64,000 bases of DNA from an uncultured Alphaproteobacteria bacterium. Its GTDB lineage: Bacteria; Pseudomonadota; Alphaproteobacteria; Geminicoccales; Geminicoccaceae. The stretch spans positions 32,915 through 96,914 of the forward strand of contig CAWHFO010000047.1 in assembly GCA_963828215.1 (NCBI GenBank), in the 5' to 3' direction. Positions 38,564-49,843 of this stretch are shown piece by piece (within the stretch, counting starts at the first letter, position 1; each line of letters opens with the position of its first letter). The notes below the pieces were generated by a model, which ran no database searches, had not been told where the DNA came from, and saw nothing but the letters and a program-made list of their open reading frames with translations. Position numbers and translations under genes: made by a program.

Positions 38564-39455
38564 CTAGGGTCGAGGCGCGGGTGGGGCCGTCAGCTGGGCG
38601 GGCAGGTCCGCCGGCTTCGGGGCGGGAGGGCCGGCGTTCGTCGCCCCGTCGGGTGCGGGCGCCCGGCCGGTCGCCGGGGCCTCGCCGGCTGCTGGCGCCT
38701 CGCCGGGGGCCAGGGGGGCCAGACGGCCGGTATAGACGACCGGCCCGGTCGGGGCACCGGTCGGCGAGCCTCCGGCCGGCTCGATGCTGACGGCGAGGAG
38801 CGCGCCGGGTACCAGCCGCGCCCGGGCCGCTCCGCCGAGATCGAGCACCGTCACCCGGTCCCCGCTCAGCAGGCCCAGCGACATCGGTGCGCCGGCCCCC
38901 GGCACGGCCCAGAGCTCGAAGGACTTGCCGGACGGCAGGGCCGGAGCGCTGACCGGCCGGACCATCGCGCCGTCCCCGCCGGCCTGGATCAGCCATGCCG
39001 CACCCGCATCGGCGGGCTGCAGGACGGCGATCAGCCGGACGGCGGTCGGCCGCGGCACCAGCAGCTGCTGGTAGGCCAGGATGCCGACCGCCGCGGTCGC
39101 CGCCAGGGCGGTCGCGGCCTGCCAGAGGCGCAGTCGCAGGCGCAGGCGCCCGACCAGCCGCTCGGTCCGCTCCTGGGGTGTCGGCAGAATGGTAGGGGCG
39201 GCCTGTCTCGGGGGCGGACTGGGGCCTCGCCGACACCGACCGGCTCACCCGCTCCCAGACCTCCGGTGGAGGCGGCTGCGGCGACACCACGGCCGCGAGG
39301 CCGGCGAGACGGCCTTCCCAGAGGGTCACCAGGGCCCGCAGCCCCGCGTCCTGCTGCAGGGCGCGCTCGAAGGCGGTGCGCTCCGTGCCCGCCAGCGTGC
39401 CCAGCACATACTCGGCGGCCAGCCCATCGCGTTCGGTGGCGTCGTCGAGGTTCAT
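38564..39455 (-). CDS. RskA-like anti-sigma factor (single TM), frame break in G-run ~39211-39215
   Basis: The N-terminal anti-sigma domain is MNLDDATERDGLAAEYVLGTLAGTERTAFERAL. After the shift come the TM LWQAATALAATAAVGILAY and the RskA-type domain SFELWAVPGAGAPMSLGLL...LAVSIEPAGGSPTG. The start overlaps the sigma gene stop (ATGA). Confidence 0.7.
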
Positions 39456-40012
39456 GACTCGAGACACGTCCTGAGAGCCAGGAGACCGCGGCGGACCCAG
39501 CTTTTCACCGTGCCGAGCGGCCGCTCGATGCGGCCGGCGATCTCCTCGTGGGTATATCCGTCGAAATAGGCCATCAGGATGCAGCGCCTTCCGTCCGGCG
39601 TCAGCCGGTCGAGGCAGGCGTAGAGGCGCCGCAGGTCCTCATCGAGGCCGAGCCGGTCGACCGCATCCGGTTGCGGATCGGCGATCTCGAGCTCGGCGAC
39701 GTCGCTGTCGGCGCGGCGCCGGGCGAGGCGGCGGAGCGCATCGAGAGACCGGTAGCGGAGGATCGCGACCATCCAGGCGCGCCCGGCACCGCGCGTGCGG
39801 TCGAAGGTCGCGGCCCGCTCCCAGATCTGGACGAAGGCCTCGTGCAGCACGTCCTCCGCGAGATCGCGCCGACCCAGCATCCTCATCGCGATGCCGAACA
39901 GGTGGCCCGAGGACAGACGGTAGAGATCCTCGAGCGCCCGCTCGTCCCCGCCGGCGCAGAGCTCGAGCAGGCCCTCGATGTCGGGCCGGTCGCTCAAGAC
40001 GCGCGCCGCCAT
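39452..40012 (-). CDS. ECF-type RNA polymerase sigma factor (SigK-like)
   Basis: Region 2 reads ALEDLYRLSSGHLFGIAMRMLGRRDLAEDVLHEAFVQIWERA. Region 4 reads YTHEEIAGRIERPLGTVKSWVRRGLLAL. Confidence 0.85.
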   Translation of the reverse strand: MAARVLSDRPDIEGLLELCAGGDERALEDLYRLSSGHLFGIAMRMLGRRDLAEDVLHEAFVQIWERAATFDRTRGAGRAWMVAILRYRSLDALRRLARRRADSDVAELEIADPQPDAVDRLGLDEDLRRLYACLDRLTPDGRRCILMAYFDGYTHEEIAGRIERPLGTVKSWVRRGLLALRTCLES

Positions 40013-40140
40013 CGACCGGCGCGGGCGCGAGACCGGCCGCCGGGCCGGCCGGTTGTCATCGAGAAGCGGCACGTGTAGGTAAAGGCGCGTTTTTTCCAGC
40101 ACCCCCGAGGCGCCTCGCCGACCCTCTGGAGACCGTCCCC

Positions 40141-40428
40141 ATGCCGCTCGACAGGGCTGCCGTGCTGCGCATCGCGACGCTGGCGCGCATCGAGGTGCCC
40201 GATGCCGAGCTCGACCGCCTGGCCGGCGAGCTCTCGCACATCCTCGGCTGGATCGAGCAGCTCGGCGAGGTCGACACCGCCGCGGTCGAGCCCCTGCGCT
40301 CGGTCATGGACATCCCGCCCCGCCGGCGTCCCGACCGGGTGGCGGACGGCGACCGGCAGGCCGACATCCTGCGGAATGCTCCCAAGGCCCATGACGGATA
40401 TTTCGTCGTTCCCAAGGTGGTCGAATGA
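40141..40428 (+). CDS. gatC: Asp/Glu-tRNA amidotransferase subunit C
   Basis: The 95-aa product reads VLRIATLARIEVPDAELDRLAGELSHILGWIEQLGEVDT...[10 protein letters not shown]. Confidence 0.9.
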   Translation: MPLDRAAVLRIATLARIEVPDAELDRLAGELSHILGWIEQLGEVDTAAVEPLRSVMDIPPRRRPDRVADGDRQADILRNAPKAHDGYFVVPKVVE

Positions 40429-41901
40429 CATCGTTGACGACGGCTGTCCCTCAAAGCGGCTAAGGCCGGGCTCCGCAACAAGGAATTTTCCGCCCTGGAG
40501 CTGACCGAGGCGCATCTTCGGGCAATCGATGCACGAGGGCGTCTCAATGCCTTCATCACGGTGACCGGCGATCGCGCCCTGGCCATGGCGGCCGCGGCCG
40601 ACCGGCGGCTGGCCCGGGACGAGGCGGGGGCGCTCGAGGGCATACCGGTCGCCATCAAGGATCTCTTCTGCACCGAGGGCACGCTCACCACGGCCGGCTC
40701 GCACATCCTGGACGGCTTCGTGCCGCCCTACGAATCGACGGTGTCGGCGAAGCTCTGGGCGGCCGGAGCCGTCTGCCTCGGCAAGACCAATCTCGACGAG
40801 TTCGCGATGGGCTCGTCGAACACCACGTCTTTCTATGGCCCGGTCACCAATCCCTGGACGCGTCCGGGCGAGACGCCGCTGGTGCCGGGCGGCAGCTCGG
40901 GCGGCTCGGCGGCGGCGACGGCGGCACGGCTCTGCCTGGGCGCCACCGGCACCGACACGGGCGGCTCGATCCGTCAGCCGGCTTCCTTCTGCGGGGTGGT
41001 CGGCATCAAGCCCACCTATGGCCGCTGCTCGCGCTTCGGCATCGTCGCCTTCGCCAGCTCGCTCGACCAGGCCGGCCCGTTCGCCCGGACGGTCGAGGAC
41101 ACGGCGATCCTCCTCGAGACGATGGCCGGCTTCGACGCCAGGGACAGCACCAGCGCCGACCTGCCCGTTCCGGACTGGCAGGCCGCGTGCGGCCAGGGCG
41201 TGAAGGGCCTCAGGGTCGGCATCCCCGAGGACTATCGGGTCCCGGGCATGGCCGACGAGATCGAGACCCTCTGGCGGCAGGGCATCGACTGGCTGCGGGA
41301 GGCCGGTGCCGAGATCGTCGAGGTCTCGCTGCCGCACACCCGCTACGCGCTGCCGACCTACTACATCGTGGCCCCGGCCGAGGCGTCCTCCAACCTCGCC
41401 CGCTACGACGGCATGCGCTACGGGCTCAGGGTCGACGGAAAGGACCTCACCGAGACCTATATGAGGACGCGCGGCCAGGGCTTCGGCGCCGAGGTGCGGC
41501 GCCGCGTGCTGATCGGCACCTACGTGCTCTCCGCCGGCTACTACGATGCCTACTACCTGAAAGCCCAGAAAGTCCGGCGCAGGATCGTCGACGACTTCGA
41601 GACGGCCTTCGAGCGCTGCGACGCGCTCTTGACGCCGACGGCGCCCTCGGCCGCGTTCCGGGTCGGCGACAAGGCCGACGATCCAGTCGCCATGTACCTG
41701 AACGACGTCTTCACCGTGACGGTGAACCTCGCCGGCCTGCCCGGCCTGTCCGTGCCGGCCGGTCTCTCCGCCGAGGGCCTGCCGCTGGGTCTCCAGGTGA
41801 TCGGCAAGGCCTGGGACGAGGCCGCCTGCTTTCGGATCGGCCGGGTGATCGAGGAGGCCGCGGGCTTCGCCACCGCTCCCTACGGGCTGGGAGAGCACTG
41901 A
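40425..41901 (+). CDS. gatA: Asp/Glu-tRNA amidotransferase subunit A; one extra base at ~40440-40443 breaks the frame after codon 6
   Basis: The ATG overlaps the gatC stop and encodes MTSLTT. The frame then shifts to [25 protein letters not shown]... The amidase signature is [32 protein letters not shown]. Confidence 0.9.
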
Positions 41902-41902
41902 G

Positions 41903-43359
41903 ATGACTTACATCGTCGAGGGCAGCACGGGCCGTTGGGAGATCGTGTGCGGGCTCGAGGTCCACGCCCAGGTGATCTCCGACGCCAAGCTCTTTTCGGG
42001 CGCCTCGACCGGCTTCGGGGCCGCGCCCAACAGCCAGGTCTCGCCGGTCGATGCCGGCATGCCCGGCATGCTGCCCGTCATCAACGAGCGCTGCGTCGAG
42101 CAGGCGGTGCGCACCGGGCTCGGCCTCGACGCGAAGATCAACCGGGTCTCGGTGTTCGAGCGGAAGAACTACTTTTATCCCGACCTGCCGCAGGGCTATC
42201 AGATCAGCCAGTACCAGCACCCGATCGTCGGCAAGGGCCAGCTGACCATCGACCTGCCGGACGGCAGCACGCGGACGATCGGCATCACCCGGCTCGCATC
42301 TCGAGCAGGACGCCGGCAAGTCGCTGCACGACCAGCAGGACGGCGAGACCCTGATCGACCTCAACCGGTCGGGCGTGGCGCTGATGGAGATCGTCTCCGA
42401 GCCCGAGATCCGCACGCCCGACGAGGCCGTGCTCTACATGCGCAAGCTCCGCTCGATCCTGCGCTATCTCGGCACCTGCGACGGCAACATGGAGGAGGGC
42501 AACCTCCGCTGCGACGCCAACGTGTCGGTCCGGCGCGAAGGCTCGAACGAGCTGGGCACGCGCTGCGAGATCAAGAACGTCAACTCGATGCGCTTCGTCG
42601 CCCGGGCGATCGAGTACGAGGCCCGCCGCCAGGTGGAGATCCTCGAGGGCGGCGGAACGATCGTCCAGGAGACCCGGCTCTTCGATTCCGCCAGGGGCGA
42701 GACGCGCTCGATGCGCAGCAAGGAGGAGGCGCACGACTACCGCTATTTCCCCGATCCCGACCTCCTGCCGCTGGTCCTCGACGAGGCCATGATCGAGGGC
42801 ATCCGCGCCAGCCTGCCGGAGCTGCCGGACGCCAAGAAGGCGCGCTTCATCGAGAGCTATGGCCTCACGCCCTACGATGCCGGCGTGCTGGTGGCCGAGC
42901 GCGCCTCGGCCGACTATTTCGAGGCCGCGGCGGCCGGTCGCGACGGCAAGCAGGTGGCCAACTGGATCATCAACGAGCTCTTCGGGCTCTTGGCCAAGGC
43001 CGGCAAGGACATCGAGCAGAGCCCGGTCTCGGCCGCGTCGCTGTGCCGGCTCCTCGATCTGCTCGGGGACGGGACGATCTCCGGCCGCCTCGCCAAGGAC
43101 GTCTTCGCCATCATGGTCGAGACCGGCCAGGACCCGGCCCGCATCGTCGAGGAGCGCGGCCTCAGGCAGGTGACCGACACCGAGCGCCATCGAGCCCGTC
43201 ATCGAGAAGCTGATCGCGGACAATCCCGGGCAGATCGAGACCTACCGGAAGAATCCCAAGGTGATCGGCTGGTTCGTGGGCCAGGTGATGAAGGCCACCG
43301 GCGGCAAGGCCAATCCCGGCATGGTCCAGGATCTCCTCAAGGCCCGGCTCGACGGCTGA
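41903..43359 (+). CDS. gatB: Asp/Glu-tRNA amidotransferase subunit B; two single-base insertions (~42296, ~43183)
   Basis: [13 protein letters not shown]...[17 protein letters not shown] is followed by a shift to [12 protein letters not shown]...[11 protein letters not shown]...CDANVSVR. A second shift leads to [45 protein letters not shown]. Stop TGA at 43357-43359. Confidence 0.9.
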
Positions 43360-43365
43360 GCGGCT

Positions 43366-44453
43366 ATGGAGCGGCGGCTCGTCTTCGCCATCTCGGCCGA
43401 CTATGAGCGTCGCACCGGCGGCTGGATCTACGACATGCGCCTCCTGGCCGAGCTGGAGGGGCTGGGCTGGAGCATCGAGCGCCTGACGCTGCCGGCCGGC
43501 TTCCCCGACCCCGACCCGGCGGCCCGGGCCGGCACCCTCGAGGCCTTCGCCCGGCTTCCGAGCGACGCGCTGGTGCTGCTCGAATCGCTGGTCCTGTCGG
43601 TGATGCCCGAGCTGGCCGCGGCCGAGAGCCGGCGGCTGCGGCTGGTCGCCCTTCTGCACCACCCCCTCGCCCTCGAGACCGGCCTCGCGGACGACCGGCA
43701 CGCGCGGGCCGAGCAGGACGAGCGGGCGGCGCTGGCCGGCACCCGGCGGATCGTCGTCACCTCGCCCACCACGGCAGCCCTCCTCCGGCACCGTTATGGC
43801 GTGCCGACGACCCACATCGCCGTCGCCGTGCCCGGCGTCGATCCCCAGCCTCTGTTCGAGCAGGGGACGAGCTGCCGAGCCTGCTCGCCGTCGGCGCGGT
43901 GGTGCCGCGCAAGGATCACGGGACCTTGCTCACGGCCCTCGACGCCATCGCCGACCTTCCCTGGAGCCTCCGGATCGTGGGCAATCTGACGCGCGCGCCC
44001 GACCATGTGGCGGCGTTGCGGGCGCTGGCTGCGGCACCTCCGCTGCGCGACCGCGTGCGCTTCGAGGGCGAGCTCGACGATCGGGACATGGAGCAGGCCT
44101 GGCGGTCGGCCGATCTCTTCGTCTCGGCCTCGCGCCACGAGGGCTACGGGATGGCGGTGGCCGAGGCGCTGGCACGGGGCCTGCCGGTCGTGGCGACCAC
44201 GGCGGGGGCCCTGGCCGAGTGGCTGCCGAGGGAAGCGGCGCTGGGGGTGCCGCCGGGCGACGTCGTCGGGCTGGGCGCGGCTCTCCGGCGGGTCCTCGTC
44301 GAGCCGGGCCTGCGGTGCCGACTGAGCCGGGGGGCCGTCGATTTCCGGGCTCGGCTGCCGCGCTGGGATGCCACGGCCCGGGCCGTCGAGGTGGCCCTGC
44401 TCGAGGCTCGGGCCCATGAGCATCCCGTGGCATCGGCGGCCGATCTCGGCTAG
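43366..44453 (+). CDS. GT1/GT4-type glycosyltransferase, frame break ~43845-43866
   Basis: The N-terminal domain is in listed ORF 43366-43989. The C-terminal part [17 protein letters not shown]...[31 protein letters not shown] is in ORF 43899-44453. Confidence 0.65.
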
Positions 44454-44487
44454 ATCGGGACGAAAGACCTGAGCTGCGGGGGAAGTC

Positions 44488-44979
44488 ATGCACAGGATCT
44501 GGTCGGCTGCCGTCACGGCAGCCCTGGTCGCGGCGGCGACGGCGGCACATGCCGCCCAGAGCGAGGTCGCCCGGGGAAAGTATCTCGTGACGATCATGGA
44601 CTGCGGTGGCTGCCACACGCCGGGCGCGCTCGCCGGCAAGCCGGACATGGCGAAGGCGCTCTCGGGCTCCGACATCGGCTTCGGCGCCCCGGGGCTCGGC
44701 ACCTTCTACCCGCCCAATCTGACGCCGGACGCCGAGACGGGCCTCGGCAAATGGTCGGGAGCCGAGATCGCCAAGGCCGTCACGACGGGCGTGCGTCCCG
44801 ATGGGCGCGAGCTGGCGCCGTTCATGCCGTATCATGCCTATTCGGTGCTGACGGCAGCCGACGCCAAGGCGGTCGCCGCCTTCCTCAAGTCCCTGTCGCC
44901 CGTCGGCCACAAGGTCCCCGATCCTGTCGGCCCGGATGCGAAGCCCCCCTCTCCCTATCTCTCCGTCGTGATGCCCTGA
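44488..44979 (+). CDS. Monoheme c-type cytochrome, secreted
   Basis: The signal peptide is MHRIWSAAVTAALVAAATAAHA. The heme motif is CGGCH and there is a distal Met region (FMPYHAY). Confidence 0.8.
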   Translation: MHRIWSAAVTAALVAAATAAHAAQSEVARGKYLVTIMDCGGCHTPGALAGKPDMAKALSGSDIGFGAPGLGTFYPPNLTPDAETGLGKWSGAEIAKAVTTGVRPDGRELAPFMPYHAYSVLTAADAKAVAAFLKSLSPVGHKVPDPVGPDAKPPSPYLSVVMP

Positions 44980-45059
44980 GCGGACCGGGACGCTCGCGGG
45001 CGATTGAGCTCGCGGCGCGGGCCTGTCAGGTTCCCCTCGGTCCAACGAAGGGACGGATC

Positions 45060-45870
45060 GTGGATCTGAAGGGCCTGCGTTTTGTCGACCTCTCCGTGCC
45101 GCTCGAGACGGGCGTCGCGGCCGACCCGCCCGGCTTCGGCCCGGAGATCGACTATATCGACCACCGCCAGGGAGCGGCCCAGCTCGCCGCGGCCTTCCCC
45201 GGGCTCGACCCCGCCGAGCTGCCGGACGGCGAGGGCTGGGCGATCGAGCGGCTGCGCCTGATCACGCACAACGGGACCCATCTCGACGCGCCCTGGCACT
45301 ACGCCTCGACCATGGACGGCGGCCGGCGGGCGATCGGCATCGACGAGGTGCCGCTGGAGTGGTGCTTCGGCGCCGGGGTGAAGCTCGACTTCCGCAGACC
45401 TTCCCGATGGTCACGTGACGAGCGCCGCCGAGGTCGAGGCGGAGCTGGCGCGGATCGGCCATGAGCTGCGGCCGCGCGACATCGTGCTCGTCAACACGGC
45501 CGCCGGTGCCGCCTACGGCCGGCCCGACTATGTCGACCGCGGCTGCGGCCTCGGCCGCGAGGCGACGCTCTGGCTGCTCGAGCGCGGCGTCCGGGTCACC
45601 GGCACCGACGGCTGGAGCTGGGATGCCCCCTTCTCGCACACCCGCCGGCGCTGGCTCGAGACCAAGGATCCCGCCCTGATCTGGGAGGGCCACAAGGCCG
45701 GGCGCGAGATCGGCTACTGTCACATCGAGAAGCTGGCCAACCTGCACCTGCTGCCGGACCGCGGCTTTCTCGTCAGCTGCTTCCCGTTCAAGATCAAGGG
45801 CGCCTCGGCCGGCTTCACGCGCGCCGTGGCGATCCTCGGGGCGTCTGCTGAGGGAGATCGGGCAGCGTGA
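45060..45870 (+). CDS. Cyclase-family protein (kynurenine-formamidase-like fold), extra base ~45395
   Basis: It has a GTG start. FVDLSVPLE...ITHNGTHLDAPWH (HxGTHxDxPxH) is followed, after the shift, by DIVLVNT...VRVTGTDGWSWD. Confidence 0.65.
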
Positions 45871-47027
45871 CGACGATCCGTGTCGGCATGGTGGGCGGCG
45901 GGTTCATGGCCCGCACCTATTCCTTCGCGCTGGGTGCCGTCCGCGGCCTGGGCGGGCCCGAGGTGCCGGACGTCGAGCGGGCCCGCGTCGCCGACATCGC
46001 CCCCGGTGCCGCCGAGCGCATCGCGCGGGACTGGGGCTGGCGCCACCACGCCACCGACTGGCGGCTCGTGACGCGGGCGGAGGACATCGATCTCGTCCTG
46101 GTCCTGACGCCCAACGACAGCCACGCCGAGATCGCCCTCGATGCGCTGGCCCACGGCAAGCACGTCCTCTGCGAGAAGCCGCTCGCCAACACGCTCGACG
46201 GCGCCCTGGCCATGTGCCGGGCGGCGGTGGCCAGCGGCCTCGTCCACCAGGTGGGCTTCATCTATCGCAAATGGCCGGCCGCGGCCTTCGCACGGGCCCT
46301 GATCGAGGCGGGCGAGATCGGCGAGATCGTCCATTATCGCGGCCGCTATCTGCACGACTACGGCCTCGACCCCGCCATGCCGATGACCTGGCGGCTGCAG
46401 CGGGCCCTCTCGGGCGGCGGCAGCGGCGCCGACATCGGCAGCCACGTCATCGACATGGCCCGCCATCTGGTCGGCGAGATCGACGGCGTCTTCGCCCGCT
46501 CGCGCACCCATTTCGGGCACCGCCCGGTGGCCGGCCGGCCGGGCGAGACGGCAGCGGTGGACGTCGACGAGATCACCGACATGCTGGTCGAGTTCGAGAG
46601 CGGCATCACCGGCTCGCTGCAGACCAGCTGGCTCGCCGGCGGCCACAAGATGGACATCGCCTTCGCCGTCCACGGGACGAAGGGCTCGATCGAGTACAGC
46701 TCGGAGCGGCCGACCGATGTTCTTCTCTATCGGACGGCCGACCCGGCACCCCACAGCGGCTTCAAGGCCGTCCCGATCGGCCCGGCCCATCCCGGGGGCG
46801 AGCTTTTCTGGCCGGTCGCGGGCATGGCGATCGGTTTCGGCGAGGCCTTCGTCATTGCCGTCCGCGACGTGCTGCACAGCATCGCCGCCGGCACCGCTGC
46901 CAGCCCGAGCTTCCTCGACGGCCTGCGCGCCAGCGAGGTCGTGGCCGCGGCCCAGCGCTCGGCCGAAGGCCGGACCTGGGAGCCGGTGCACCGGGCCGCC
47001 ATGGGCGAGCCGGCACAGCACCGCTGA
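45867..47027 (+). CDS. Gfo/Idh/MocA-family NAD(P) oxidoreductase
   Basis: Motifs are IRVGMVGGGFMAR, VLVLTPNDSHAEIALDALAHGKHVLCEKPLA and GEIGEIVHYRGRY. The frame is intact. Confidence 0.8.
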   Translation: MTTIRVGMVGGGFMARTYSFALGAVRGLGGPEVPDVERARVADIAPGAAERIARDWGWRHHATDWRLVTRAEDIDLVLVLTPNDSHAEIALDALAHGKHVLCEKPLANTLDGALAMCRAAVASGLVHQVGFIYRKWPAAAFARALIEAGEIGEIVHYRGRYLHDYGLDPAMPMTWRLQRALSGGGSGADIGSHVIDMARHLVGEIDGVFARSRTHFGHRPVAGRPGETAAVDVDEITDMLVEFESGITGSLQTSWLAGGHKMDIAFAVHGTKGSIEYSSERPTDVLLYRTADPAPHSGFKAVPIGPAHPGGELFWPVAGMAIGFGEAFVIAVRDVLHSIAAGTAASPSFLDGLRASEVVAAAQRSAEGRTWEPVHRAAMGEPAQHR

Positions 47028-47042
47028 TCCGGCCGACCTGCC

Positions 47043-48263
47043 TCAGCGACGGGCCCTGTTGGCGCTGCGCTCGGGCACGCCCGTCTCGCGGAAGCAGACC
47101 TCGGCCAGCTTGGCCACACCCTCGCGGAGGTCCTCCTCCGGCGGTAGCGCGAAACAGAGCCGGAGGCTGTGGCGCGCCGCCTCCGGGTCGGTCGACCATT
47201 CGGGGCCGGGATTGTAGGCGACGCCGGCGGCAAGGGCCGGACCCGCGAGCCTGGCCGTATCGACCGCCTCCGGGAGCGTGACCCAGAGAAAGATGCCGCC
47301 CTTCGGCAGGCTCAGCTCGGCTGCGGCGCCGAACTGCTCGCCCAGCGCCTCCACCAGCACGTCGAGCTTGCGGCGCAGTCCCTCCTTGAGGCGGCGGACG
47401 TGATCGTCGAAGTGCTCGCCGAAGAAATCGGCGACGATCATCTGCTCGATGGCGGGCGTGCCGCCGTCGGTCTTGCAGGCGACGAGGCGGCCCATCACCT
47501 CCGGCGGCGCGCTGACATAGCCGAGCCGCAGGGCCGGGGCGAGCGACTTCGAGAACGAGCCGATGTGGATCACCTGCTCGCCGCCGGGCAGGCCGCGCAG
47601 CGCCGGCGGCCAGTCGCCCTCCCAGAGAAGGTCGGCGTAGCACTCGTCCTCGAAGATCGGCACGCCATGGTGCCGGCTCAGCCGCAGCAGCTCCAGCCGG
47701 CGCGGCACGCCCATCACCGCCCCCGTCGGGTTCTGCACGGTCGGGATCGTGTAGATGTATTTCGGCCGTATTTTTTTGGCTTTCAGCTCGCCCAGGACGG
47801 CATCGAGACGGTCGAGGCGCAGGCCCTCCTCGTCGAGCGGCACGCCCACGACCTCGACGCCGAGCCGTCGCACCCGGGAGATGGAGCCGGCATAGGTGAG
47901 CTGCTCCATGACCACGGTGTCGCCGGGCTCGAGCAGGACCTCGTTGACGAGGTCCAGGCCCTGGAGCGAGCCCGAGGTCACGAGCACGTCGTCGATGGAG
48001 CCCGCTATGCCGCGCTTTTCCCTCAGCTTCTCGGCGAGAAACGAGCGCAGGCCTTCGTAGCCCAGCGCCCCGCTGCCCAGGTTGTAGGTGGCGAGCCGGC
48101 GCCCCTCGCGGCGCAGCACCCGCTCGGCCGAGGCGATCAGGCCCTCGACCGGCACGATCTCGGGATCGTTGTGGCCACCGACGAAATTGTAGCGCGGAAA
48201 CCCGCCCCACCGGCCCGCCGCCGGCGGCAGCCCCTGCGCAAAGAGCGTCTCGAAGTCGATCAC
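47043..48263 (-). CDS. PLP-dependent aminotransferase (class I/II fold)
   Basis: It has a GTG start. Motifs are YNLGSGALGYEGLR, VQNPTGAVM and SFSKSLAPALRLGY (PLP Lys). The rest of listed ORF 47043-49568 is out-of-frame read-through. Confidence 0.8.
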   Translation of the reverse strand: MIDFETLFAQGLPPAAGRWGGFPRYNFVGGHNDPEIVPVEGLIASAERVLRREGRRLATYNLGSGALGYEGLRSFLAEKLREKRGIAGSIDDVLVTSGSLQGLDLVNEVLLEPGDTVVMEQLTYAGSISRVRRLGVEVVGVPLDEEGLRLDRLDAVLGELKAKKIRPKYIYTIPTVQNPTGAVMGVPRRLELLRLSRHHGVPIFEDECYADLLWEGDWPPALRGLPGGEQVIHIGSFSKSLAPALRLGYVSAPPEVMGRLVACKTDGGTPAIEQMIVADFFGEHFDDHVRRLKEGLRRKLDVLVEALGEQFGAAAELSLPKGGIFLWVTLPEAVDTARLAGPALAAGVAYNPGPEWSTDPEAARHSLRLCFALPPEEDLREGVAKLAEVCFRETGVPERSANRARR

Positions 48264-49575
48264 GTGGTGCCCCCTGAGAGTTCCGGCTTGCCGAGCTGCC
48301 GTACCAGCCAGGCGGCGGTGGCGAAGAGCTTGTCGTCGCCGCGATAGGCGCCCACGAGCTGGACGCCGAGCGGCATGCCGGCCGGCCCCTCGAGCAGCGG
48401 CAGCGACAAGGCGGGCGTGCCGGCGAGGGTCCAGGGCGTGCAGAAGGCGGGATTGCCGGTGGCGCCGAGGCCGACAGGCGCCTCGCCCGGGGCAGCGAGC
48501 GTCAGGATCGCGTCGACCTCCTCCAGCACGGCATCCACCACCGCGCGCAGCCGCAGGCGGTCGGCCAGGGCCCGCTGATAGGCGACGGCCGAGACCAGCC
48601 GCCCGGCCTCCAGAAGCTCGGAGAACTGCGGGCTGATCAGCGCCCGATGCCGGTCGTAGATGGCGCCGAAATGAAAGGCGATCTCGGCCGTGTTGATCGT
48701 TCGCTGCAGGGCCAGCGCCTCGTCGAGCGGCGGCCCCGGCTCCAGGTCGACGACGGCAGCGCCCAGACGCCCCCGGAGCGCCTCGAAGGCGCGCACCGTC
48801 GACTCCTCCGCCATCGGCCAGGCCGGGCCCTTGACGAAGGCCAGGCGCGCCGACCCCGGTGCCTCTTCCAGCGCCCGAGCGAGCGCCATCGACGCCTGCG
48901 GCCGCGTGGCCGGGTCGCCCGCATCGTGGCCCATCAACGCCTCGCCGACCCGGGCCGCGAGGCCGAGGTCGGCCGCGAAGACGCCCACATGGTCGAGCGA
49001 ATGGGACTGGGTCAGCACGCCCGTCCGCGGGATGAGCCCGAAGCTGGGCTTGTAGCCGACCACGCCACAGAAAGAGGCGGGGCGAATGACCGAGCCGTTG
49101 GTCTGGCTGCCCAGCGCCACCGGCACCATGCCTGCGGCCACCGCCGCGGCCGAGCCGCTCGACGAGCCGCCGGGCGTGCGCGACGGATCGTGCGGATTGC
49201 GCGTCGGCCCCGGCGCGAAGGCGGCGAACTCGGTCGTCACGGTCTTGCCGAGGATCACCGCACCCAGCGAGTCGAGGCGGCTCCTGACCCAGGCGTCGCG
49301 CTCCGGGCGCCGGCCCCGATGGATCGCCGAGCCGTTCTCGGTCGGCAGATCCGCCGTGTCGATGATGTCCTTGAGGCCCACCGGCAGGCCGTGCAGCGCG
49401 CCGAGCGCACGCCCCGCGCGGGCATCGGCGTCGCGGGCGTCGGCGGCGGCGCGGGGCAGCGCCGGGTCGAGATGCGCCCAGGCGTGGACCTCCGTCTCCC
49501 GCTCGGCAATGCGCTGGAGGCAGGCCTCCACCGTAGCCCGACAGCTCTTCGTCCGTTCCGCTCGGCAAGGCTCAT
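48260..49575 (-). CDS. Amidase-signature family amidase, frame break ~49555 just after the start
   Basis: ATG at 49575 (MSLAER) is followed by a shift to RTKSCRATVEACLQRIAE. Signature motifs are GLPVGLKDII, GGSSSGSAAAVA and GSQTNGSVIRPA. Confidence 0.8.
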
Positions 49576-49843
49576 CCGCACCCTCCCCGTCGTCGCGCGA
49601 TCCTCCAGCGGATCGGCCGCAGCCGCAACCCCGACGGGCTTGTGAGGCATCTGCCAGGGCTGCTCGGCCCGAGAGGGCGCCGAGGGTGCTGGTCAGTGAC
49701 GTCGACCTCGGGGCGGCGGAGAGGTGGGCGAGGCGGTTGCGTTCCTCGCCTCCGACGCCTGCAGCTTCACGACCGGCCACACGCCGTGCGTCGACGGCGG
49801 CTTCACCGTGACGGGCGTGATGGAAGACTGAGCCGGAGAACGC

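Noticed and set aside
40013-40140. Possible ECF-type promoter (GGAAA...CGT) upstream of the sigma-factor gene
   Set aside because: The spacing (~19 nt) and both half-sites deviate from GGAAC-N16/17-CGT. Without other examples in the window it is not supportable.
47043-49568. A listed 841-aa minus-strand ORF. A similar case is 53066-55609 (847 aa).
   Set aside because: Only the aminotransferase part (47043-48263) is in its true frame. Likewise only the phnX and FAD-oxidoreductase parts of 53066-55609 are. The extensions are frame-shifted read-through of neighbouring genes.
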